NCBI GenBank assembly: GCA_964016885.1
Contig: OZ024753.1
Span: forward strand, 14,198,001 to 14,262,000
Direction: 5' to 3'
DNA length: 64,000 bases
Source: Eledone cirrhosa
Taxonomy: Eukaryota
A program made the translations under genes and the position numbers. Position 1 is the stretch's first letter, and every line of letters begins with the position of its first letter. The notes beneath the pieces are model-generated. The model made no database searches. It saw only the letters and a program-made list of their open reading frames with translations, and was not told where the DNA came from. Below, piece after piece: positions 1 to 12,189 of this stretch.

Positions 1-870
1 TTATTGTCATTGTAGTTTTATTGTCATTGTAATTATATTGTCATTGTAGTTTTATTGTCATTGTAGTTATATTGTCATTGTAATTATATTGTCATTGTAG
101 TTTTATTGTCATTGTAGTGTTATTGTCATTGTAGTTTTATTGTCATTGTAGTTATATTGTCATTGTAGTTATATTGTCATTGTAGTGTTATTGTCATTGT
201 AGTTATACTATCATTGTAGTTATATTGTCATTGTAGTGTTATTGTCATTGTAGTTTTATTGTCATTGTAGTTATACTATCATTGTAGTTATATTGTCATT
301 GTAGTGTTATTGTCATTGTAGTTTTATTGTCATTGTAATTATATTGTCATTGTAGTTTTATTGTCATTGTAGTTATATTGTCATTGTAGTGTTATTGTCA
401 TTGTAGTGTTATTGTCATTGTAATTATATTGTCATTGTAATTATATTGTCATTGTAGTTTTATTGTCATTGTAGTTATATTGTCATTGTAGTGTTATTGT
501 CATTGTAGTGTTATTGTCATTGTAATTATATTGTCATTGTAGTTTTATTGTCATTGTAGTTATATTGTCATTGTAGTGTTATTGTCATTGTAGTGTTATT
601 GTCATTGTAATTATATTGTCATTGTAGTTATATTGTCATTGTAGTTATATTGCCATTGTAGTTATATTGTCATTGTAGTTTTATTGTCATTGTAGTTATA
701 TTGTCATTGTAATTATATTGTCATTGTAGTTACATTGTCATTGTAGTTTTATTGTCATTGTAGTTTTATTGTCATTGTAGTTATATTGTCATTGTAGTTA
801 TATTGTCATTGTAATTATATTGTCATTGTAGTTATATTGTCATTGTAGTTATACTGTCATTGTAGTTATA
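1..870. repeat. 17-bp minisatellite (TATTGTCATTGTAGTTW)n, truncated by window start
   Basis: About 50 directly visible tandem copies. Confidence 0.97.
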
Positions 871-994
871 TGCCCATTTCTATTCTGGCTAGGTTTAGTA
901 GGTCATCATAGTTTGAGATAAGATGGGTCAGATAACTTTATTTTGTTCATACATTCTATATTTTGGCAGGGTTTCTATGGCCAAATTCCATTCC

Positions 995-1290
995 ACTTTA
1001 CAGAGTGTAGTGGGTGCATTTTGTCATGATACCAGCACTATCACTTTCCAGAGTGTACTGGGTGCATTTTGTCATGACACCAGCACTATCACTTTCCAGA
1101 GTGTACTGGGTGCATTTTGTCATGACACCATCACTATCACTTTTCAGAGTGTACTGGGAGCATTTTGTCATGACACCAGCACTATCACTTTCCAGAGTGT
1201 ACTGGGTGCATTTTGTCATGACACCATCACTATCACTTTCCAGAGTGTACTGGGTGCATTTTGTCATGACACCAGCATTAGCACTTTACA
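995..1290. repeat. 48-bp minisatellite amplified from a SINE/RTE-tail internal motif
   Basis: GTCATGA recurs at 1023 and 1071; unit resembles the SINE segment CACTTTACAGTGAGTGCTGGGTGCTTTTTTGCCGTGGCACC; explains ORFs 923-1307. Confidence 0.9.
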
Positions 1291-2158
1291 TTGGTAAATA
1301 TACATAAATAGATAACTATAGATAGAGAGTTAAGAAGGTAGGAAGGTAGGTAGGTGGGTAGGTTGATAGGTAGGTAGATAGATAGGTATGTGTGTAGGTA
1401 GGTGGGTAGGTAGGTAGGTAGGTAGATAGATAGGTGCTTTTATTTCCAAAGATAGATAGATAGATTGCTGCTTTATCACTGGTCTTGTTTGATCAAAACA
1501 CTTCATTTCACATTGCTCAGCTATATACTCAGCTGAAAATGAGTACCAGCAATAGCTGGGGGTTTAACCCTGTGATGGACTGGTGTCATCTCCAAGGGGA
1601 ATTCTTGTACTCCTCTCTGTTGCTTACTGTCACAAAAACCAGGATAAGTACCAGCCTCATCAGCCTCCTGACTCGAGACAGACTTTAGACTTAGATAGGT
1701 ACTAATTATATGTAAATTTACTGATACAGTTTGCTGTTACTGCCACATTTGGTGGACTTACAAAGCTACTAGTTGCATATTTCCCTGTAGTGTGTGTGAA
1801 AGATGTGAACAGCTTTTGAAGGTCATTCCAAATTGAACTGCAGCTTGAGTCAGGCTGTTCCTCTTTTGCTATATATAGAGTAATATCTAAACAAGATCTG
1901 TTTATATTTATATATGTGTATGTTTACATACACTTTAACACAACTTCAAATTTACAGCATACTTCAGCTGCTTGGTGTCAAATTAAAGACATAGTTGAAA
2001 AAGTATTTATCACAATATGATCGACACCTCAGAGCTTTCAGTTATAGTAATGGGGAAAACAGGATGTATGTTAACTTCTCATGTATTGTCTGTCTTATGA
2101 CGTCATAACTTGGTAAACTAATTCCTATTCTGGTGTTCTTTGATTCTTTGGTTCTTAG

Positions 2159-2479
2159 AATGATTATGAAAAAGACAATGGTATAATTCAGTCAGAAGAG
2201 GACAAAGACATTATCAATATGCTTAACAATAGAAGACACAACAATAACAAAATGCCTGTCGATTTTGACCTCAACAATGGTGATGAAAATAACGTGGGCA
2301 ACCAACCATTGGAGAGGATAAATGTTGAGGACAACCTTGCTGGACGTGAACTTCCCAATGACCATCCAAAAATTGTTGAAAACAAAATGCCTCCAGATTT
2401 CTTTAAGGGGGATCTGAATAATGAAAACAAAATTGGTGGCTTTGAACATGAATTTCAGTTGGATGGGAGAGAAGTTCAG
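2159..2479 (+). CDS. Internal coding exon of an unidentified acidic/Asn-rich protein (gene A)
   Basis: ttcttag acceptor, 107 open codons NDYEKDNGIIQSEEDKDIINML...DGREVQ, donor CAG|gtagct, phase 0/0. Confidence 0.75.
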
Positions 2480-3289
2480 GTAGCTAAAATCTATTTGTTG
2501 TTCTTGTTCTGGTTTTCACTAATACCTGCCATGCCTCTCTCTCTGTTCTACTAATGATTAACATGAGCAATATATCTACTATCTATTTGCTATATTACTT
2601 CTATCTATACTACAACTGCTTTGCTATTTAATTTTTTTTTTTAAATCATAGCATGAATTACTCAATGGCAGTGCCCTAGCCTGTCGGCTGGAACATATAA
2701 TGGAGTAAAGAGCATAAAAGTGAAGATGTCTTCTTGATATTGTTAAGGCACGCTTATATACAGACAAAGCTGGGGTCCTATGGAGTTGCATCTCAGATGT
2801 TTCTTGAGGGTTTTAATGACAAACAACCCCAGACATATCATGTCACCATTTTCTCCAGTGACTGATGCAGGATTTGAACTGAAACAGATGCTGCTAAGCA
2901 TCCTATTCATTGCTTTAACAATTCCAACAATCTGTCACCCTAAACTGGGCCTTTATTTTTTTACACTAAAAAGGATAAAAGGATAAGTTAACCTTGGCAG
3001 GATCTGATCTCAAAAGGTTGAGCTAGAACAAATACTGCTTTCCCTATTTTGGCAAGGTTTTTTTTTCTGGCTTTATACCTTTCCTATCACCAACCACTTT
3101 ACAGCGTGGACTGGGTACATTATTTGTGCCCCCAGCACTAGTAGAGAACTTGTCTTACTGGGCTCAAGAGTCCTCTCCACTCTGTACCAGTTCTTATTAG
3201 GAGTGTCTACTCTCCTAGATAGGTTGCCTTCACTATGGCTTATGGAGCCCATTTCTAGCAGGTACTTAATTTGATGTTGTAATAACTCT

Positions 3290-4020
3290 GCTAACTTGCC
3301 TAGCATGAACATTTTTAAAATGTCCTTGATAAATCATTTGGTCACTACCAAAGGGTTCATTTCCATAGAGGTTTTTCCTTTACAAGCAAAAGGCTAGCTG
3401 TATGATACCTGTGTGTTGTATGATGGTGCATAGGGGTGAGACATGGGCAGTGAATGCAGAGGATATGTGAAGGCTAGAGAGAAATGAAGCAAGTATGGTC
3501 AGATAGATGTGCAGTGTTAATGTGCATGAATAACAAAACATTGATAAACTGAGAGAGAAACTGGGTTTAAGAGGAATCAGATGTATTGTGCAGGAGAGAA
3601 GACAGCACTGGTATGGACATGTGATGCATAGGCAGTCGATTGACTTTCGTCAAATCAGACCGAGGAAACAATGTTTCCAATGGTCTTTCCAATTGCTAAT
3701 ACTATCTGTTGGTCGCAACTCCAGGTAGAAGGAGCAACGTGAAATAAAGTGTCTTGTTCAAGGACATAAGGCATCGCCCGGTCTGGAAATCGAACTCACA
3801 ACCTCACAATTGCAAATCCAATTCTCTAACCACTCAGCCACACGCCTTCACTTATATGTGATGCTTATTGATGATAATAATTGGGTGAAGAGAGGACAAG
3901 AGATCCCAGTGGAGGATAGCTGCTTTAAAGAAAGAGAGAGAGAGACCAAGGAAACGAGGGCAGAGATTGTGAGAGCTGATCCAAATCACTAAAGCTCATG
4001 CAGGAGGTAACAAAGGACTG
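3290..4020 (+). mobile_element. Degenerate RTE LINE 3' fragment interrupted by a SINE (about 3635-3850, - strand)
   Basis: Remnants of RLYDxCV, HGxETWA, RLERNEA and WYGHVM also seen in the intact RTE copy. Confidence 0.7.
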
Positions 4021-4128
4021 TGAGTAGTAGTAGTAGTAGTAGTAGCAGTATTAGTAACAGTCGTAGTAGTTTTAATCAACCCAGTATTGTTAGCTATACT
4101 AATGCTTGTATATCTTTGCTAAACTGTC

Positions 4129-4160
<32 letters not shown>

Positions 4161-4429
4161 ATAATATTATTATTATTATTACCATTAATATTTATGAACA
4201 AATAGTTTTTTTATTTGTTTTGTGTTATATTAATGTTTAGCAAAGTCTTAGAACATCAGATAGAATGCTTTGTAGTATTTGTTCTGCATCTCTGCTCTTT
4301 GAGCTTAAATTCCACTGAGGTAAGCTTTGCCTTCCATCCATTGAAGGTTGATAAAAAAGTACCAGTCTAGTACTGAGGTTGATTCTTCCTATATATATCT
4401 TTTTCATTTCATTTTTTTCATTGTTTCTC

Positions 4430-4755
4430 CTTCCCTGGAAGAAATCTACTGTATTCACATCTGGAGGTCTCCTTTTCTGGAAGAAATCTAATGTATTCAC
4501 ATCTGGAGGTCTCCTTTTCTGGAAGAAATTTGTTGTTCAGATCTGGACTCTCCTTTTCTGGAAGAAATTTACTGTATTCACATCTGGAGGTCTCCTTCTC
4601 TGGAAGAAATTTATTGTATTCAGATCTGGAGGTCTCCTTTTCTGGAAGATATCTGCTGTATTCAGATCTGGAAATCTCCTTTTCTGGAAGATATCTGCTG
4701 TATTCAGATCTGGAGGTCTCCTTCTCTGGAAGAAATCTACTGTTCAGATCTGGAA
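4430..4755. repeat. 42-bp minisatellite
   Basis: GAAATCTA recurs at 4441 and 4483; produces the repetitive ORFs at 4379-4811. Confidence 0.9.
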
Positions 4756-5514
4756 GGGGATTAGCTCCACAGGGTTTTAGAATGCTCAAGAAATTCTGTA
4801 TGTTACTATGAATAGAAAGAATTAAGAGAGTTTTAGTGATAGTAAAAATTAAGAGATAAAATATTAGTAGTCCAGATGGTATAGAACATATGTATAATAC
4901 AGAGAGAGAGAGTTTTAGAGATGGAAAGAGTTAAGAGATATTTATTTATAAGGGAAGAGGAATATAAAAAAATCTAAGCCAAAAGAAGGCTAGAAGAAGT
5001 TTGGAAATAGAAAGAATTGGAGGAGGAAGAACTGAGGAATATGGAAAAAATAAAATTAACCCTTTCATGACTGTATTTCTAATGAAATGCAGTCTATCTC
5101 AATTAATTAATGAAGAATTTTGAAGGATTTACTAAAATTATTAATTATTCCATTACTAAGATGATAACTTAATGTAAGGTTCTTATAAAATTATGTTGGA
5201 AGATTTTAATTTAAATTGGAAACATTTAAAATGAGGTGATTTTATTTCATAGAATCAGACAGGGATTTGGTTGGGTTGGTAACTAAAGGGTTAATGAAGC
5301 CATAGCGATGGAGATGAGAATTCCTACGGGCACTGAATGTTGTTAATATGATGATTATCCACAAGTTGTTGTCATGTACTGTATGTATGGCACCAGATGT
5401 CAGCTGAAATCTGCTGAGAAAACCCACCCACTTCATTCCTTTGATAAGGAAGAGCAGGTAGTCTTCACCTTGGTAAGGAAGAGCCCATGTCCTCCTCCTT
5501 CTTCTTCTTCTTCT

Positions 5515-5760
5515 TGCAGTTGGACACCATGCTTTGTAGAATAGAGTTACGTCCCTTTACGTTCTTAGTTCAAATCTCGCCGAGGTTAACTTTGCCTTTC
5601 ATCCTTACGGGGTCGATAAAATAAAGTACCAGTAATGCACTGGGGTTGATTTAATCAACTTTCTCCTCCCCTAAGATTGTTGACTATATAAGAAACCAGT
5701 AATGTACTGGGTAATTGCTGGCCTTGTGCCTAAAAATAGAAACAATTATTATTATTATTC
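5515..5760 (+). mobile_element. tRNA-derived SINE family B (Nin/Deu-type core); other copies near 4240, 10935, 16845, 24170, 28090, 46985, 61590
   Basis: Recurrent core GAGGTTAACTTTGCCTTTCATCCTTACGGGGTCGATAAAATAAAGTACCAG, B-box-like GTTCAAATCC, (ATT)n tail. Confidence 0.8.
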
Positions 5761-5887
5761 CTCTATGTTATTGTGTTAAAGTCCTACAAAGATTTGTAAG
5801 TTTTCCAAAAAAGAAATGTTTTGTAAATATTTAAACCAAAAAAATTCTGTAATAATTTTAATGTCTGTGATTCCATCTTTTTCTCAG

Positions 5888-5936
5888 GTCCAACTTCCAA
5901 AGAATATGGAGAACAAGAAAGTAGAATCCAAGTATG
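5888..5936 (+). CDS. Penultimate coding exon of gene A
   Basis: tttttctcag acceptor, VQLPKNMENKKVESKY+G, donor gtaagc; phase 0 in and phase 1 out match the flanking exons. Confidence 0.72.
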
Positions 5937-5963
5937 GTAAGCAACAGCTTATATCTATTTTAA

Positions 5964-6334
5964 CCCTTTAGCATTTACATTACCCTATATATACTATTGT
6001 ATTAACCCTTTAGCATTCACATTACCCTATATATACTATTGTATTAACCCTTTACAATTTACATTACTCTATATATACTATTGTATTAACCTTTTAGCAT
6101 TCACATTACCCTATATATACTATTGTATTAACCCTTTACCATTTACATTACTCTATATATACTATTGTATTTTCATAGTAAAGGCTTTATCTCACATTGA
6201 ATCTATGAGATTTTGATATTATTTGTTTTGAGAAAAATACCTTAACATCAGTATGAGTGACCTGTTAGAGCCGGTTTGAACAGAAAGAGGTGAGATAATT
6301 CTGGCTGGATACATCCGGATTAAATGCTAAAGGG
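5964..6334. mobile_element. piggyBac-type MITE with tandemly repeated left end
   Basis: TTAA|CCCTTTAGCATTTA ... TAAATGCTAAAGGG|TTAA; related copies near 16331, 49110, 50233, 60250. Confidence 0.8.
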
Positions 6335-6344
6335 TTAACACACA

Positions 6345-6720
6345 TCCAAATAGGCAGCCACCTAGGGCTCAGACCTCAGAAAGGTACATTACTGAACCTT
6401 AAAGGATCACAGTTTTATACAGGGCTGATCCTGCCATGAAGGCCAAATAGGACACACACCTCAGTGAGGTACATTACTGAACTTTAAAGATCACAGTTTT
6501 AAACAAGGGTTGGTGCTACCATTAAGGCTAACTAGGCAGCCACCTAGGACACAAACCTCAGTGAGGTACATTACTGAATCTTTAGGATCACAGTTTTATA
6601 CAGGGCTGGAGCTACCATGAAGGCCAACTAGGGCACAGACCTCAGTGAGATACATTACTGAACCTTAAAGAGCACAGTTTTATACAGGGCTGGCACTAAC
6701 ATGAAGGCCAACTAGGGCTG
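6345..6720. repeat. About 86-96-bp imperfect tandem repeat (about 4 copies)
   Basis: ACCTCAGTGAGGTACATTACTGAA...CACAGTTTTATACAGGG repeated. Confidence 0.85.
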
Positions 6721-6934
6721 GGTGCTTTTTTGTCGTGGCACCTCCACGACCACTTTGCAGTGGAATGATATGGACCCCAGTCCCTATCATCTCATTTCTA
6801 CAGATGAGTAAACTGGAGCAATGTGAAATAAAGTGTCTTGCTCAAGGAAACAACACATCACCCGGTCTGAGAATTGAACTCACAACCTTTCGATTGCAAG
6901 GCCAATGCTCTAACCATTAAGCCATGTGCCTCCA

Positions 6935-7480
6935 TTTTACTATATTTACCTATATTTCACATCTCATCCTAGTTCAGAATATTTACCCATATTTCACATC
7001 TCGTACATCCCAGTTCAGAATATTTACCTATATTTCACATCTCGTACATCCCAGTTCAGAATATTTACCTATATTTCACATCTCGTACATCCCAGTTCAG
7101 AATATTTACCTATATTTCACATCTCTTACATCCTAGTTCAGAATATTTACCTATATTTCACATCTCGTACATCCTAGTTCAGAATATTTACCTATATTTC
7201 ACATCTCTTACATCCTAGTTCAGAATATTTACCTATATTTCACATCTCGTACATCCTAGTTCAGAATATTTAGCTATATTTCACATCTCTTACATCCTAG
7301 TTCAGAATATTTACCTATATTTCACATCTCGTACATCCTAGTTCAGAATATTTACCTATATTTCACATCTCGTACATCCTAGTCCAGAATATTTACCTAT
7401 ATTTCACATCTCATACATCCTAGTTCAGAATATTTACCTATATTTTGCACCTCATAAATCACAATTCAGAAAATATTTAC
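6935..7480. repeat. 41-bp minisatellite
   Basis: TATTTACC recurs at 7021 and 7062, about 13 copies. Confidence 0.95.
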
Positions 7481-7515
7481 CTGTCATTGTTTTTTGTTTA
7501 TTTGAAATTTTCCAG

Positions 7516-7586
7516 ATAACCAATTCTACAATGAAGAAGAAGATGATGACATCAATAACAACAACATCAATAATAATAATTATTAA
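7516..7586 (+). CDS. Terminal coding exon of gene A
   Basis: ttttccag acceptor, (D)NQFYNEEEDDDINNNNINNNNY-stop; phase matches the previous exon; AT-rich 3' UTR with AATAAA near 7941. Confidence 0.72.
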
Positions 7587-7884
7587 TGGACAACTTTCAT
7601 TTATAGCACGCATTCTTTAACTGTTAAGAGCCTCGTTAAAGATTCCTGCAAATGATGTATCTTGGAATTATCTGTCATCAGATATTATTGATACAGATAG
7701 AAGAAGATGAAAGATGATGGGAGAATTTTTTTTTACTGGGTGTTAACCTCATCATTTCTTGTGGGTTCTGTATAGCAAGGAGTGGGATTAGAGGGGATAT
7801 TACTTTGGGTGTGTTTTATTGTTGTGAAACACAAATTTTTAAATGGTTTAATCTTACTTCATCATTAGTTGATGTATTTTCCAT

Positions 7885-7937
<53 letters not shown>

Positions 7938-8645
7938 AATAATAAATGGAAACAACACAGTACAATGAAGAAATATATTAGTTTAACGCTTGATATAGTA
8001 GGAAAAGAGTCTTTATGTTTCAGACACTAGTCCTTCATCAAAAGATAGAATGAGTACCTATTTATTTAAGTATCTAGCAACCACTCTAGCTATTTATTTG
8101 TTTGTATATACATATATATGATTCAGTGAATTACTGATGGTGGTACCAAAACAAGCACTCAATGCACAAACAGAGTGTATATATATATATTAGTAAGCTT
8201 TTTTTTTATTGTATATCGACTTGTGATGTGCATTTTGCTGGGGATTGGCTCAGGTTCACCCATAGCAGTTATGGACCAGACTCCATTATCGATCTGCTCT
8301 GGCAATCTGACAAAATATATGGAGCAGATCAATAATGGAGCAGGTCCATAACTTCTATGGGTGATCTCGAGTCAATCCACTGTGAAACGCACATGTGAAC
8401 AAAACTTCATCATTTTCATTAATATATATATATATATATATATTCTTTTACCTGTTCCAGCCAACCAACTGAGGCCATGCTGGGGCACCTCGCTTATATA
8501 TATATATATATATGCAAAAATATATGGTGGAGAAAGCAAGACTTATATACCTTACACAGTATTTCATCGTTAAGTACACTTGATAATTCTACGGGAGGAG
8601 GGGAATAAACAAGATTTATATGACTCTTATTTTGATATGTATATA

Positions 8646-9038
8646 CGAGGGCAATCCCAAAAGTAAGGTCTCCAAAGCAATGGGGACGCAGAGAAACTGT
8701 TCGTACGGCTGTTGCCAACACTGTTGTGATTGGTGCTTCCTTCGCTCCCAAACAAGCATGCGCGCGCTTCGCTGGGATGCTCAATCTTGGCTTGGCAACC
8801 ATTGAGAATGGAGCTCCCGTTGAACGCTACCGCCAAGTGCGAATTTCGGCAGTTATTATATATGAGGGCAATCCCAAAAGTAAAGTCTCCTTCTGAGGAA
8901 AACATGTGTAAAGATTGGCGGATCACTCTGGATGCTCTCTGCATTTTGGTTCCTAAGGTTTCCCGAAGCACCATCCACAGGATTTTAACGGAAAAGTTGC
9001 AATATCGGAAGGAGACCTTACTTTTGGGATTGCCCTTG
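8646..9038. mobile_element. Mariner-derived MITE (internally deleted)
   Basis: TA|CGAGGGCAATCCCAAAAGTAAGGTCTCC ... GGAGACCTTACTTTTGGGATTGCCCTTG|TA; HTH remnant SRSTIHRILTEKLQYRK; third TIR-like copy near 8863. Confidence 0.88.
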
Positions 9039-9391
9039 TATATACACACACACACACACACACACATATACATGGTAAATTTGACTCCTGATGACAACCA
9101 AAGACTATAAATTATGTTTTACAAAACGAAAACGAAAACAATATAAAAAAAAAACAATTATAAGAAATGATGAGGTTAACATTGGAGTCAGGTAATTTTC
9201 ATCTTCATTGGTATCACTGTATCTTAGTGTACTAACTAACTATTTAACTGGTACACTTAGTATTTCAGTATTGTTAACTGTTCCCACCTAGATATATATT
9301 GGTAAAAAATACTCATCTTTGTTATCAATGGACTTTAAAGATCAAGACATTTTCTTTTCTTTTCAATATTTGGAAATTGTGCGAGTTAGCT

Positions 9392-9447
<56 letters not shown>

Positions 9448-9493
9448 GCATATATATGTATATATATATACATAATATATATATATATATATG

Positions 9494-9685
<192 letters not shown>

Positions 9686-9908
9686 GGTTATATATATGTT
9701 ATGCATATATATATATATATATATAGAGGTGTACATACAAGTATGAATGAATGTGGTATTGGAACTCATTTTATATTTTCATTATAAGACTATTCTTCAT
9801 TTGGGTGGGTGGTTTTTTTGTGTTTTTTTTTATACAATCTACAATCTACTAAAGAATTTTGATCTGGATTCATATATATAGATATATATATATATATGTA
9901 TATACGTG

Positions 9909-9968
<60 letters not shown>

Positions 9969-10012
9969 AAGAATATTAATAAATGGAAAATATCTTTATA
10001 AAACCATATTTA

Positions 10013-10069
10013 TTTTATTATACGTATTTCAAGGGTACTAATATTTAAGAACGCTTTCGTCAGATAAAA
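10013..10069 (-). ncRNA. Type I hammerhead ribozyme (PLE-type)
   Basis: - strand TTTTAT-CTGACGA-stem II-GAAA-TACGTA-TA-ATAAAA; 6-bp stem I, palindromic stem III. Confidence 0.7.
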
Positions 10070-10619
10070 CCTAATATTTGGTGTTAAGATAGTGACATAT
10101 CTTCATGTGAACTTAATGGTATAAGTGAAATGAAGATAGTGATTGAAAAATTCAAAACTCAAGGGATATATGTTAATGAGGATACGTTAAACCTGAAAAA
10201 AGACATTAAATTTAGACGCTTGATAAATTAAAACAAATCCTTATTTATATTGTTTATGAGTTTGTTATTATAGGGTGAAAAATTATTGTAGGGTTATTTT
10301 AGAGATAGTTATAGATATATAACCCAAAGATATATACATGAGTTTAGAAGGAATCACATAATTATACTTATTTAATTTTTAATATATATTTTAAGAATAT
10401 GGATGTATTTATAATATTTAGATGAGAATTATAATGTATTGTAGTAAATTAAGAATTATTGTTCCTTAAAACAATTACAACAATATAACATTTATGTGGT
10501 TATGTGATTGAATATACATCGTATTTATACGCACACACACACACACACACAAGCGCACACATATATATATATATTCGAGTGTATTTATTTTTTAATATTA
10601 TAGTATATTATTAAAAAAA

Positions 10620-10900
10620 AAAAGTCTGTCTTAAGCCAGAAGGCTCATTTGACCGGTGCTTATCCCGGTTTCATGGCGTGAAACAACTGAGAGTACAAGA
10701 CTCCCCCTCCCCCCTGGGCAGGATTAAACCATCGCAGGGTTAAACCTCCAGCTATTGCTGGCACTCATTTTCAGCTGAGTATACTGGAGCAACGTGAAAT
10801 GAAGTGTTTTGCTCAAGAACACAACACGCAACCCAGGAATCAAGCCCACAACATTATGATCGTAGGTCCAACACCATTACCACTAGGCCACGTGCCTCCA
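10620..10900 (-). mobile_element. tRNA-derived SINE (V/Meta-type core); related copies near 1480, 15150, 26960, 52420
   Basis: tRNA-like head GTGGCCTAGTGGTAA, core TTCTTGAGCAAAACACTTCATTTCACGTTGCTCCAGT, T-run tail. Confidence 0.8.
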
Positions 10901-11139
10901 CAGTATATTATAAGACATTATTATATATCGTTAAGGGTGGTGGATTGGCAGTATCGGTAGAGCGTTGGACGCCATGCTTTGACACATTGAGTTACGGCCC
11001 TTTCCATTCTGAGTTCAAATTCCGCCAAGGTCAACTTTGCTTTCATCCTTACGGGGTCGATAAAATAAAGTACCAGTAATGTACTGGGTAATTGCTGGCC
11101 TTGTGCCAAAAAGTAGAAACAATTATTATATATCGTTAA

Positions 11140-11680
11140 TTAAAAAATAATGATTTCTTTATTAACCACAAGGGTTTACATAAAGTAGACATTAAGGACA
11201 GTGCAGGACAATGCAGGACGGTACAAATGGGCATTTCTGCGTGTAAAAAACAAAAACAGAGGATGTAACAAAAATAACAATGAAAATAACAATGAAAAAT
11301 TCCCCAATAGGGGGGAGACTTTGGAGGGACATTTGTGGAGAAAGCCCAGTAAAAAGCCACAATGACCCTGACCACCAAGGCAAGTGCCCTCTCCCAGTTT
11401 TCCACCTTTAGTTTACAGATATATACTCAGAGTCGGCCCATTCACTCGGGCCATTCTTGCTTCTCTCACCCATCTTTCAACAAAATGCTGGGAAGAGAGC
11501 ACTTCCCTCTCTACTCTGATTTTCCTTTTCAAATGAAATTTGAAAAAGTCAATCAGAGCATCACCGAAGAGGTAAGTGCTCGTCTTCAGCCCTTTCAAAC
11601 GTGTCCACCATACTATCTCTTTCGCCATGGCCACCAGACAGATAAAAACTGCCTGCCCTTCCCGATGATTATTTAGTACA
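11140..11680 (-). mobile_element. 3' end of an L1/Tx1-like LINE
   Basis: C-terminal peptide ...FFKFHLKRKIRVEREVLSSQHFVERW..., then a 3' UTR and AATAAA; family assignment from memory. Confidence 0.5.
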
Positions 11681-12189
11681 TAAATGATTATGCGTGAATA
11701 TACATCGTATTTAAGTATATATATACATAGATTTATAAATGGGCGTAAGAGAGATCAAGTAACTATAGATATGTTATTCTTTGGGAGGGTCATGTTGCCA
11801 ATAAGAAACACACGCACCAGTTGCTTTCACTTCAATTTATTATAATAAATTTATAATAAATTTATAAATTTATAAATTTCTGGTTGGTTGGTTGGTTCCA
11901 CAACCAGATAGTTGTTTATATATTGTCATAGTTCTTTCGTCACACACTCTGTGACCTCTTCAGTGACTGGGGATTCCTTTCTTTGTTTTTGTGCCTCTCC
12001 TTTGTTCTGTCCTACGCCATTTTGTTTCTCTAGATATGTATAGATATGTATTTTATACATATATTTTAAGGATGTGAAGTGAATTATATTTTTTAAGTAA
12101 AAATTTACAGTATTGTGGCATAATCTATTACTGCATATGGTTAGTAATATAATATTTAAACAGTTATGCAAGTTGAAATATATCGTATA

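Noticed and set aside
923-1307. Repeat-peptide ORFs (also 4379-4811, 6924-7177, 15652-16224)
   Set aside because: Minisatellite units whose length keeps a frame open; no splice or homology support
2159-7586. Naming gene A (e.g. as a Golgi membrane protein)
   Set aside because: Only a low-complexity C-terminus is visible, with no recognisable domain
9087-9110. Isolated CTGATGA as a hammerhead (also 51614)
   Set aside because: No correctly placed GAAA or pairable stems
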